This document shows, one piece after another, positions 9,311-18,446 of a stretch of DNA of 64,000 nucleotides. Origin of the DNA: Alphaproteobacteria bacterium. GTDB taxonomy: Bacteria > Pseudomonadota > Alphaproteobacteria > Rhizobiales > JAKIUO01. A model generated the notes under the pieces. That model was not told where the DNA came from. It saw only the letters and a program-made list of their open reading frames with translations, and searched no databases. The stretch lies in the NCBI GenBank assembly GCA_024280895.1, contig JAJRPI010000019.1, forward strand, positions 15,556-79,555, read 5' to 3'. A program made the translations under genes and the position numbers. The stretch's first letter is position 1. Each line of letters starts with the position of its first letter.

Positions 9311-9523
9311 TAGATCGCAATATTCGCAATCATTAATATTTGGATGTGACCTTTTGCGCATTCGGCGGCTTCCCTCTTCCAAAATAAGTCAGTTGGCCGA
9401 TGATACATTACAAATGAGATATAATGGATTATTGAAGCCACCCTTACCCTATTCGCCATAATTGAAACAACAAAATTGCAAAAACTCTGAACATTATACT
9501 AAAAAACCGGAGCCCTGACCGAA

Positions 9524-10765
9524 ATGCTTTCATATTACAAGATCTTTATCCATAGCTCGATGGTCGCTATATTGTTCTTTTCGCTGTCCGCGCCGCTCAT
9601 GGCAGCGCCAAATCCCAAGCACAAAGCAATTACCAGCAATCAATCTGACCCAAGAACAGGCGAGCTCGAATATGAACGCTCGAAACGCTTACTATCGGCC
9701 ATTGATGAGATATTAAAAGATGCCGCCACGATCCGTCAGGATGCCCGCAAGCTCCCCAGCAAACATGAGTTCTCTATTATCACCCCACCGTGGATCGAGA
9801 CTAGAGAAGACCGCCAGATCAAGGTCAACAAGCTGCTGGATGCTGCTCTTGAAATTGTAACTGAGGTTCCTATTGTCGAACTACAAAAAAAGCTACGCGG
9901 CAACCGCAGCAATATCAAAAAAATGGAAGATCAAATCGCCCTCTTGCGCGAAAAACAGCTCGACGCCCCAACCGACGCGTTCCTCCCCGGCTACATCACC
10001 GGTACGGTTGCCTCAATTGATGAGAAAATCATCGATATCAAAGCCAGAATTGCCGGCAACAAAAAACAGATTCTCAAGATAAAAAAGGAAATTTCCAACG
10101 GGTTGAAGAAAAGTGGCGTGAAGATCAAGGAAGCTCAGCTGGATATATTGCTTGGCAGCGTGATCGGTGGAGATCTCGTTAAACTTGTGGCAGCCTTTGA
10201 AGCCGCGCGGGCCATTAATGATCGTCTCAGCTTTTTAATGGATAAAAACGGTGAAACCCTGAGCGCCGCCCGGCGTTATTTCGCCATGCACGCGTCTTTA
10301 TTTGCTTTGCTCGTGCACGCACAAGAGCTGGTCCTTAACAAAATAGATACTGTCTATCTGCCTCGCCTTGGCGCCATTATCAAAGATATCCGGCAAGCCA
10401 GGGGCGAAACCCACCAACTGTTACGCGCTCGCAACCGCAACGATCAGCGCAAGATACTGCAGGCCAATCTCAAGTCGCAAACTTTTTCTGAAAAAGTCGC
10501 CAAGACTTATCGCAACTATCTTTTGACCCAGCGTGATCAAATGTCCAAAGCACGCCAGCGCACTCTCAAGGATCTGCGTATTGCCGACAATACTTATCTC
10601 ACAGTCGAAGCCAGTTTTCAGCTACGTTCCTTGATCAAGGATGCCAGTACCAGTTTTGAAGCGATCCGCAAACTAGAAGCGCCTGGGTTTGATAAAGTCT
10701 TTCGTAACAAAAACTTGAAGCGAGAGTTTGAAAACCTGACGAGCAAGTTGACACCTACATCATAA
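9524..10765 (+). CDS. Hypothetical exported helical/coiled-coil protein
   Basis: 413-aa ORF, signal-peptide-like N-terminus (..APLMA-AP), basic heptad-rich helical sequence, GGAG RBS; family not recognised. Confidence 0.8.
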   Translation: MLSYYKIFIHSSMVAILFFSLSAPLMAAPNPKHKAITSNQSDPRTGELEYERSKRLLSAIDEILKDAATIRQDARKLPSKHEFSIITPPWIETREDRQIKVNKLLDAALEIVTEVPIVELQKKLRGNRSNIKKMEDQIALLREKQLDAPTDAFLPGYITGTVASIDEKIIDIKARIAGNKKQILKIKKEISNGLKKSGVKIKEAQLDILLGSVIGGDLVKLVAAFEAARAINDRLSFLMDKNGETLSAARRYFAMHASLFALLVHAQELVLNKIDTVYLPRLGAIIKDIRQARGETHQLLRARNRNDQRKILQANLKSQTFSEKVAKTYRNYLLTQRDQMSKARQRTLKDLRIADNTYLTVEASFQLRSLIKDASTSFEAIRKLEAPGFDKVFRNKNLKREFENLTSKLTPTS

Positions 10766-10771
10766 ATAAAT

Positions 10772-10863
10772 GAAGGGTCCTGCCCTTTCGAACCCGCCAA
10801 AGGGCCAACCCTTTGCAAACCCAATTTATACAATATAGTGGGGTCTGGGGACTAGTCCCCAGT
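10772..10863. repeat. Multi-hairpin palindromic element between convergent genes
   Basis: AAGGG/CCCTT, CAAAGGG/CCCTTTG and perfect 18-bp palindrome CTGGGGACTAGTCCCCAG. Confidence 0.5.
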
Positions 10864-10891
10864 GCTGTCCGCAAGGACATTCAATTCTATT

Positions 10892-12271
10892 TTATACTAG
10901 ATAGATTGCCGCGAGGCCAAGGAAGGCGAAAAAGCCAACAATATCTGTGACCGTCGTTACAAATACGCTGGAGGCCAGAGCTGGATCCACTTTGCGATAT
11001 TCGAGAAGCAGAGGGATCAAAATGCCGGCAATCCCAGCGACAAACATATTGACGATCATGGCGGCGGCAAGTACGCCCGACAAACGACTATTGCCAAACC
11101 AGAAATAGGCCACCAGCGCCATGAGCACGGCGAACACCAACCCGTTCAACAAGCCTACAAGCGTTTCACGCGTGATCACGCGCCCTGCATTTGCCGCTCC
11201 CAAATCACGTGTTGCAAGGGCGCGAACCGTTACCGTCATGGTTTGCGTGCCCGCGTTCCCCCCCATTGATGCAACGATCGGCATCAAGACTGCCAGAGCC
11301 ACCATCTGCTCAATGGTCGCATCGAACAGGCTGATAACATAAGAAGCGATGAGAGCGGTTATAAGGTTTATAAACAGCCACGAGAAGCGTCGTAGAGCCG
11401 TGCGCATGACCGTATCAGCAAGGGATTCATCCCCGACACCAGCCAGCAAAAATATATCTTCCTGCGCTTCCTCGGCCATAACCTCTACAATATCATCCAC
11501 CGTCACAACTCCGACAAGGCGGTGATCATCATCGACCACGGGCGCAGCCAGTAAATTATAGCGCTCAAATTGACGCGCCAACTCTTCCTGGTCCATTTCC
11601 ACATTGATCAAGTGCCGCTCATCATCCATCAATTTCTTAATCGGCGTATCAAGCGAAGTTCGCAGCAAATCATCAAGGCTAACCGTGCCCTTTAGATGTA
11701 GCGATGGTGTCGTGACAAAAATCTCGGAAAACTGATCCGGCAAGTTCGCTGTATCGCGCAAATGATCGATGGTTTGTTCAACCGTCCAGAATGTTGGAAC
11801 ATGCACAAATTTTTGGCGCATGAGCCGTCCGGCTGAATCGTCAGGATATAGTAACCCGCGGACAACGGCAGTGCGGACGTCATGGGGGACCTGATCGAGG
11901 ATTTTCTGGCGCTCTCCGGCCTCCAGATCTTCCAAAAGATAAACGGCATCGTCGGTATCAAGTTCTTCAACGGCCTCGGCAATCTGCTGATTGGGCAATT
12001 GCTCCACCAGCTCATCGCGAACGGCTTCCTCAACCTCCACCAGCGTAGCGGGATTGAGCTGCGAACCAATAGCTTCAACAAATGCAAAGCGCTCATTTGC
12101 TGACAGATGCTCCAACAGATCCGCGAGATCACTGTCGTGCAGCCCTTCTGAAAGGACACGCACATTGTCGAAATTCTCGTCCTCAATCGCAGAACGCACG
12201 GATTTCACGAAAGAAGCTAATAAGGCTCCCTCCATGTCGCGAATATATATATCTTGCGTTTGATTAGACAT
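10892..12271 (-). CDS. mgtE: Magnesium transporter MgtE
   Basis: Acidic N-domain, CBS pair, GGNAGTQ, VDPA..S..FVTTVTD..G; start moved to MSNQ. Confidence 0.95.
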   Translation of the reverse strand: MSNQTQDIYIRDMEGALLASFVKSVRSAIEDENFDNVRVLSEGLHDSDLADLLEHLSANERFAFVEAIGSQLNPATLVEVEEAVRDELVEQLPNQQIAEAVEELDTDDAVYLLEDLEAGERQKILDQVPHDVRTAVVRGLLYPDDSAGRLMRQKFVHVPTFWTVEQTIDHLRDTANLPDQFSEIFVTTPSLHLKGTVSLDDLLRTSLDTPIKKLMDDERHLINVEMDQEELARQFERYNLLAAPVVDDDHRLVGVVTVDDIVEVMAEEAQEDIFLLAGVGDESLADTVMRTALRRFSWLFINLITALIASYVISLFDATIEQMVALAVLMPIVASMGGNAGTQTMTVTVRALATRDLGAANAGRVITRETLVGLLNGLVFAVLMALVAYFWFGNSRLSGVLAAAMIVNMFVAGIAGILIPLLLEYRKVDPALASSVFVTTVTDIVGFFAFLGLAAIYLV

Positions 12272-12451
12272 ATCTACCCCGTGCGAAAACCCAACCACCC
12301 CCAACTGTTTGTAAATCATGCGCGCACAAATGCAACTGGTGAATAGACAACATTGTTAAAAGCCCCATTGACCGCCACCTATAGGGGAAGCTGTGCTTCT
12401 GACACCCGTTCCCAAGATCCCTCTAGGACTCAGACCACCGCATTGCATTTC

Positions 12452-12530
12452 GTAGGGCGTCAATAGCGTAGCGTATTGCGCCACTTGAACTTTCAATCGG
12501 CGCAATACGCTGTCGCTATTGACGCCCTAC
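12452..12530. repeat. GTAG-type REP doublet (REPIN-like inverted pair)
   Basis: GTAGGGCGTCAATAGCGTAGCGTATTGCGCC, 16-nt spacer, then GGCGCAATACGCTGTCGCTATTGACGCCCTAC. Confidence 0.8.
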
Positions 12531-12597
12531 AATCCTAGCATTCATCCTTGATAGCGAACTCAATATCTAGTGCGGCAAGCAAGCGAGCGAGCCGGAC

Positions 12598-12638
12598 AAA
12601 AGAAAAACCGCCTCCCTTTAAAAAGAGAGGCGGTCTTT
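12598..12638 (-). terminator. Terminator of porin 1
   Basis: ACCGCCTC/GAGGCGGT stem followed on the minus strand by a U-rich tract. Confidence 0.7.
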
Positions 12639-12663
12639 GATATTCTTGCTTGATCAGGTTCGA

Positions 12664-13890
12664 TTAGAACTTGATGCGAGCGCCAGCCATGATCTGATTG
12701 ACGTTACTTGTAGCAACATTATCATTATCCCAGCTGCGATAAGCGATATAGAGCTCGGTAGCTGCACTATCGAAGTGCTGTACTACACCCAGACCCCACA
12801 TTGTGGTGTCCCAGTTCCCAGCTGCAAGAACTCCATTATCACCATCATAGTCATATTCGCCATATTCGGCGTAGATGCTGGTATTTCCCATGCCAGTAAA
12901 GTCACGGTTTACACCACCCTGGAGATGCCAGTATTGCTTGTCATAGATGTCAGCGGCATTACCTGCATTGTTGAAACCGCCGTCGTTTTCGGTACCAGCT
13001 GCAAAAGCAATGTTAAGGCCTGTTGGTGTATGCATCAACGAAGCTGAACCTGTGACATTCGAACCGTTAGTTCCATCATCATAGAAGGTATAACCAATGC
13101 CAGCCGCAATGCGGATAGGGCCAAATTCTCCGGCATAACGAAGAGCCATATCCCAGCCATCAGTGTCATAGTTAAGAGCACCAAAAGCAGTTGGGCCATT
13201 AAGATCAACCCAAGCTACGGAGTATGTGAACCCGCGCAGTGTTGGTGATACCCAAGCGATGGTCTCATGAACACCTTGCTCAAGATTGAAACCATTCAAT
13301 GACGTAGCATTCCAAAGATTTGCCTCAGAAGTACCTGTTACACCGCGACCACCAAGAGAGATCTCGGCAACGCCATCGGTTGGAACATAAGCATGACCTA
13401 TAACAAAAGTACCGAGTCTGGCATTTTTGAAGTAGATGAAGTTTTTGTCAGTCTTCAATGGTGAAACAAAACCAGGACCATGACTTGCGCCAGCTTGTGT
13501 AAGCGTGCCGCTGTTACGATCTTGTGTAACGCGAGCCCGCAGAACATAGCCAACGGTCCAAGTGCTTGTTAGAGCCGCGCTGCCAGCAAACTGGAAGCGT
13601 GATCCGGAAACACCATGGCCACTTGAATAAAATTCATCTTTGCCATTTTCGTCTTCAATCCAGCCGATGTCGCGAGCGACCCAACCTGAGATTGTCAATG
13701 AAACCTTACGATTTCCTTTGCGAGCTGTTGTTGCTTCAAGTTCTGCAACGCGCTCTTCGAGGTCTGCACAACAGTCACCGCCAAGATCGGCAGCTACTGC
13801 TGGTGTCAGAGCCATTCCGCCCATCAGAAAACCAGCTGCAGCTACGAGAGCCAACGGGCTGGATGTCTTCTTGAGTCCCCCAATAGTCAT
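12664..13890 (-). CDS. Outer-membrane porin (Hyphomicrobiaceae-type), copy 1
   Basis: Signal peptide, ADLGGDCCADLEERVAELE coiled-coil, beta-strand-rich body, C-terminal Phe (GARIKF). Confidence 0.88.
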   Translation of the reverse strand: MTIGGLKKTSSPLALVAAAGFLMGGMALTPAVAADLGGDCCADLEERVAELEATTARKGNRKVSLTISGWVARDIGWIEDENGKDEFYSSGHGVSGSRFQFAGSAALTSTWTVGYVLRARVTQDRNSGTLTQAGASHGPGFVSPLKTDKNFIYFKNARLGTFVIGHAYVPTDGVAEISLGGRGVTGTSEANLWNATSLNGFNLEQGVHETIAWVSPTLRGFTYSVAWVDLNGPTAFGALNYDTDGWDMALRYAGEFGPIRIAAGIGYTFYDDGTNGSNVTGSASLMHTPTGLNIAFAAGTENDGGFNNAGNAADIYDKQYWHLQGGVNRDFTGMGNTSIYAEYGEYDYDGDNGVLAAGNWDTTMWGLGVVQHFDSAATELYIAYRSWDNDNVATSNVNQIMAGARIKF

Positions 13891-14751
13891 ATTTTTTCTC
13901 CACTCATATCAATCGAGTTGTGATTCCGAGGGAGCAGTAAGCCTTACAAATGATCTGCTCGTTTATTGTAAAACCCTGAATTGCCTTATGTCGTATAAAG
14001 GGCATTACAAGGGTCGTCTAAAACCCTTGCCGCAAACATGCGAAACCAGGGCAACAACAAATCCCCAAGTGAAAAGCATCTGGTGCATAAAGCGATGCTA
14101 TCAACTACTAGGGGATACAATTTACAGGAACTGTACTGGATACTTGAGGATCGAATGATCCTAACTGATCGACCATACTTGGTCTGTACAAAAGACCGAG
14201 CTGGTCTCTAGAGAAGCAACTTTGAGTAAGTGAATTTCAGTGCATCACCGACTCGTTGTTGTTGAAGCCCATTGTTAGTGAAGCTTGGGGGGGGACGCAA
14301 CCACCGTGACACGATTTTGCCTGATTCACGATATTTGCGTTGTAAAAACGCCACATCCACCCTCACAGCGCCCTAAACATAGGCTTTTCTTCCAAACAGT
14401 TCCTGAATACGCAGTACATGATTGATACCCAAAATAGGCGAACTGTGTATAAAAAGGATGAACAGCATTAACTTTTTTCCTTATTTTCGGTGCATTAGCC
14501 GATTCTTACAGTGAGCAGGTCGGGTGATGATTGGGTCCGATTCCCCTTGTTTTCCCCTGGGCGAGCAATATTGCCAGTTCGTAAACCCATTATAGCCTGC
14601 GATTATTAGCTCCCTCATCTTCCGATGGCGCAATCACTGTGGCTTGTTGCCGAACGCCAGCATGATTGTGCCGGCCATGAACGCAATAGACACTTGGCTG
14701 CTCGTCGCTACCCACCTTGACTGCACAAAACTGGGCAAGCTGTTTGCACAC

Positions 14752-14785
14752 AAAAAAAATGCCCTGCTCAATCGAGCAGGGCATT
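14752..14785 (-). terminator. Terminator of porin 2
   Basis: AATGCCCTGCTC/GAGCAGGGCATT stem plus U-tract on the minus strand. Confidence 0.8.
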
Positions 14786-14813
14786 CTTTATTCTTATATA
14801 GTATCAGGTTCGA

Positions 14814-16025
14814 TTAGAACTTGATGCGCATACCAGCAAGGATCTGCTGAACATCGCCATCTACGATATTATCATCTTCCCAGTTACGATACGCAACATA
14901 CAATTCTGTTGATGCTGAGTTGAAGTTCTGAACGATACCCAGACCCCACATGACAGTATCACCTGTGCTAACTGCATTACCATCGTCATAATCACCATAC
15001 TCACCATAGAGGCTTGTATTTCCAACGCCGAAGAAGTTCTGGCTGATGCCACCTTCTACATGCCAGAACTGACGATCACTGGTGTCAGCGGCGAGCGTGT
15101 TAACACCACCGTCAAGCTCAGTACCAGCAGCAAATGCGACGTTCAAACCGGTTGGCGTATGCATCAAGGTGACTGAACCCATGACATTTGAACCATCTAC
15201 AGCAAAGCCGCCTGAATTGGTAGAATCATCGGTGGTTGTATAACCGATACCTGCAGCGATACGGATTGGACCAAATTCTCCAGCGTAGCGAAGAGCCATA
15301 TCCCACAAATCGACGCCTGAGTCATCTGTCGCAATGTCATTTTGGTCAACCCATGCAACGGCGACGGTAAAGCCAGCGATTGTTGGTGAGACATAGGAGA
15401 TCAGGTTTTGAGCACTGCCCTGCTGAAGGTCATAGGAATTAATGCCAGCAACACCGTTCCAGCCATTACGACCAGCTGCATCGCCAGTGATGCCGCGACC
15501 GGCGAGAGAGATGTTAGCAACTCCATCGGTTGGAGCATATGTGAAACCAGTTGTGAGAGTACCCAGTTGAGCATGTCTCAAAAAGACAAAGTTTTGATCA
15601 ACATTTGTGGTTCTGGCAGTGTTAACTTGGCCAGCTGCTCCAATAGAACCTGTAAGACCACCTGCTGCACGGAGGCGCAGACGATATCCAGCTGTCCAGT
15701 TTGCAGACATTTTGGCGCTACCTGTGAACCAAACGCGAGATCTGGAGGGTCCATGACCGGCTGCATAGAATTCGTCACGGCCTGAGCCATCTTCGATCCA
15801 ACCAATGTCACGAGCGACCCAACCTGAAATTGTTAGTGAAACTCTGCGATTTCCCTTGCGAGCAGTTGTCGCTTCAAGGTCAGCTACGCGCTCTTCGAGA
15901 TCCGCACAGCAATCACCGCCCAAATCAGCAGCCATAGCTGGTGTAAGAGCCAAACCGCCGATAAACATACCTGCAGCGGCTACGATGGCCAGGCTGCTTG
16001 TTGACTTTAAAAGTCCCCCAATCAT
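14814..16025 (-). CDS. Outer-membrane porin, tandem paralog (copy 2)
   Basis: Near-identical N-terminal segment and internal blocks to copy 1; ends GMRIKF. Confidence 0.88.
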   Translation of the reverse strand: MIGGLLKSTSSLAIVAAAGMFIGGLALTPAMAADLGGDCCADLEERVADLEATTARKGNRRVSLTISGWVARDIGWIEDGSGRDEFYAAGHGPSRSRVWFTGSAKMSANWTAGYRLRLRAAGGLTGSIGAAGQVNTARTTNVDQNFVFLRHAQLGTLTTGFTYAPTDGVANISLAGRGITGDAAGRNGWNGVAGINSYDLQQGSAQNLISYVSPTIAGFTVAVAWVDQNDIATDDSGVDLWDMALRYAGEFGPIRIAAGIGYTTTDDSTNSGGFAVDGSNVMGSVTLMHTPTGLNVAFAAGTELDGGVNTLAADTSDRQFWHVEGGISQNFFGVGNTSLYGEYGDYDDGNAVSTGDTVMWGLGIVQNFNSASTELYVAYRNWEDDNIVDGDVQQILAGMRIKF

Positions 16026-16308
16026 ACTACTTCTCCACTTAACTTTAATTTTACGCTACGTTGACTGCATTACCCGAACTGACAAAACAACAACATAACT
16101 TTTTTAGTTACACAACCAGGCTGAGATACTAACAATCCCGTAGAGCCTGAACTTAGATGGGTTTCACCCCACAAACGAACTCTGAACCTTTTGATCCAAG
16201 AACCCGCCCCCTAATTGATTATGGGGCAAACCTTGATGACCTAAACTTGGCCCTTCCTGTTTGTTCCATTTCAGGATTAGACTATTGGCTCATAGCTGTA
16301 AACATTGA

Positions 16309-16323
16309 TTAACGGTTCATTAA
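16309..16323. promoter_or_regulatory. CtrA-type binding site upstream of porin 2
   Basis: TTAA-CGGTTCA-TTAA matches TTAA-N7-TTAA. Confidence 0.5.
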
Positions 16324-16588
16324 GGAAATGTGGCAAGGTTGTGTCATTTGTGCCACGAAGGGGTTTCGAGAATGTGTCCCTGCCCTCCTTTGCGCGCCTG
16401 CCTCGTGACACCGAACAACAAACAGCGCGCTGGCAAACATCTACCGCGCCGCCCGTGGTCCCTAAATCGTCAGTGCGTCGCTGCAGATCCTTATCTTGTC
16501 CAGGTCGCATTTGGCGGCGGGAAGAAACACACTCTATATAGACATGTCAAACAAGCCCTATATATAGAGTGAGAAAAAAAACTAGCTA

Positions 16589-17443
16589 ATGAGCATAAAA
16601 TTGAACACCATATCCAAGTTTGCCGATCTGAAAACAACGAGATCAACATGGCGGCACAATAATCAGACGATTGCCCTGGTCCCGACAATGGGTGCCCTGC
16701 ACGAAGGTCATTTGTCGCTGGTCAAGCTGGCGCACACCGTTGCCAGCAAAGTCATCGTCTCCATATTTGTTAATCCAAAGCAGTTTGGGCAAGGTGAGGA
16801 TCTCGATGAGTATCCTCGCGACCTCAACAGTGATCTTGGCAAGCTTGAAGAAATCGGGGTCGACCTCGTCTACGCACCTGACGCTGACCAGATTTATCCC
16901 CATGGGTTTTCAACAGTCATTTCGGTAACTGGTATTTCTGAGGGGCTTTGCGGCGCTTCACGTCCCCATTTTTTTGGAGGCGTCGCAACGGTGGTGACGA
17001 AATTATTACTGCATTGCACTCCCGACATCGCGATATTTGGCGAAAAGGATTACCAGCAATTGCTGGTAATCAGACGCCTTGTGACCGATCTTGACCTGCC
17101 TGTTGACGTGATGGGGGGCCCCATCGTGCGCGAATCCGATGGGCTGGCACTCTCATCACGCAATATTTATTTGTCGAAACAAGACCGACAAACAGCTCCC
17201 ATGCTTCATAAAGCACTGATGAGCACCCGTGCACAGCTCCTCAAGGGGGTCTCCATGCACCAAGTGGCATCACAAACAACCGATCAGCTGATCAAAGCGG
17301 GTTTCAAACTCGACTATTTCGAGCTGCGCGACGCCAACACGCTGGCACCAATGGACCAATATGGCGGTCAGCCGGCGCGACTATTGATCGCGACCACGCT
17401 TGGGCGCACAAGGCTTATCGACAATATCGCCGTTATAGGGTAG
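16589..17443 (+). CDS. panC: Pantoate-beta-alanine ligase
   Basis: VPTMGALHEGH, FGEKDYQQ, GLALSSRN, RLIDN. Confidence 0.97.
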   Translation: MSIKLNTISKFADLKTTRSTWRHNNQTIALVPTMGALHEGHLSLVKLAHTVASKVIVSIFVNPKQFGQGEDLDEYPRDLNSDLGKLEEIGVDLVYAPDADQIYPHGFSTVISVTGISEGLCGASRPHFFGGVATVVTKLLLHCTPDIAIFGEKDYQQLLVIRRLVTDLDLPVDVMGGPIVRESDGLALSSRNIYLSKQDRQTAPMLHKALMSTRAQLLKGVSMHQVASQTTDQLIKAGFKLDYFELRDANTLAPMDQYGGQPARLLIATTLGRTRLIDNIAVIG

Positions 17444-17514
17444 AGCCTGATCTCAATGCGGGGGTAACCCCGTTCTTACTCTTATATATACACTGATTAG
17501 AACCGGGGACAGAT

Positions 17515-18306
17515 ATGCCAGCATCGGCACTTATGAATGTCATGACCAAGGCCGCACGCAAAGCCGGACGCGCCCTTTCGCGCGATTTTGGAGAAGTCGA
17601 GCATTTGCAGGTGGCCACCAAGGGACCCGCCGATTTCGTTTCGCGCGCCGACCACCGGGCCGAAAAAATCATCTATGAGGAACTGGCGCACGCCCGTCCC
17701 CATTATAATTTTTTGATGGAAGAGCGCGGAATTGTTGAGGGAAGCGATAAAACCCATCGATGGATCGTCGATCCGCTGGACGGCACCACCAATTATTTGC
17801 ACGGCATCCCTCAATTTGCCATATCGATCGCTCTCGAGCGCGACGGCAAACTGGTGGCTGGATTGATCTATAATCCTGTCATGGATGAAATGTTCACTGC
17901 TGAAAAAGGTTCAGGAGCCTTTTTAAACGACCGCCGCATCCGGGTCGCTGGACGCGAGAAGCTTGAAGACTGTGTAGTTGTGACCGGCGTGCCGCATCGT
18001 GGAAAGTCCGGTAAAGAGGTATTTATTCAAGAATGCCGGGACGTTATGCAAACAGTTGTTGGCATCAGGCGCACCGGATCTGCAGCGATTGATCTCGCCT
18101 GGGTGGCCGCTGGCCGCTTTGATGGATATTGGGAGCGCGGTATTCAGGCCTGGGATATGGCTGCCGGAATTGTGCTGGTACGCGAAGCAGGCGGGATGGT
18201 CTCTGATGCCGAAGGTGGACATGATATGCTCCTGAAGGGAAGCATTGTTGCAGGCACGGCCCCCATTCAGAGCGAGCTGCAAAAAACCATCTCTCCAAAT
18301 TCCTAA
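17515..18306 (+). CDS. suhB: Inositol monophosphatase family protein
   Basis: WIVDPLDGTTN, GSAA.DLAWVAAGR.DG, WDMAAG. Confidence 0.93.
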   Translation: MPASALMNVMTKAARKAGRALSRDFGEVEHLQVATKGPADFVSRADHRAEKIIYEELAHARPHYNFLMEERGIVEGSDKTHRWIVDPLDGTTNYLHGIPQFAISIALERDGKLVAGLIYNPVMDEMFTAEKGSGAFLNDRRIRVAGREKLEDCVVVTGVPHRGKSGKEVFIQECRDVMQTVVGIRRTGSAAIDLAWVAAGRFDGYWERGIQAWDMAAGIVLVREAGGMVSDAEGGHDMLLKGSIVAGTAPIQSELQKTISPNS

Positions 18307-18446
18307 GTCATTAGCTCTGGCAAAAGCCGTGATATTGCAATAGATTTGCATTTATCCTGCCACAATATCTGTATATTGTAGATCAGGCTGGCAAAACGGG
18401 ATCAAACTAAATCGTTAGATCCTTACAAATAAAATCCTTTGGGGGG

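Noticed and set aside
8460-9500. tmRNA, 6S, RNase P, SRP or CRISPR array in the intergenic gap
   Set aside because: No tRNA-like ends or ANDN tag, no long 6S-type duplex, no RNase P/SRP signature, no regularly spaced direct repeats
16530-16571. 11-bp inverted repeat upstream of panC
   Set aside because: Built largely from low-complexity TATATA with a 20-nt spacer; no supporting context
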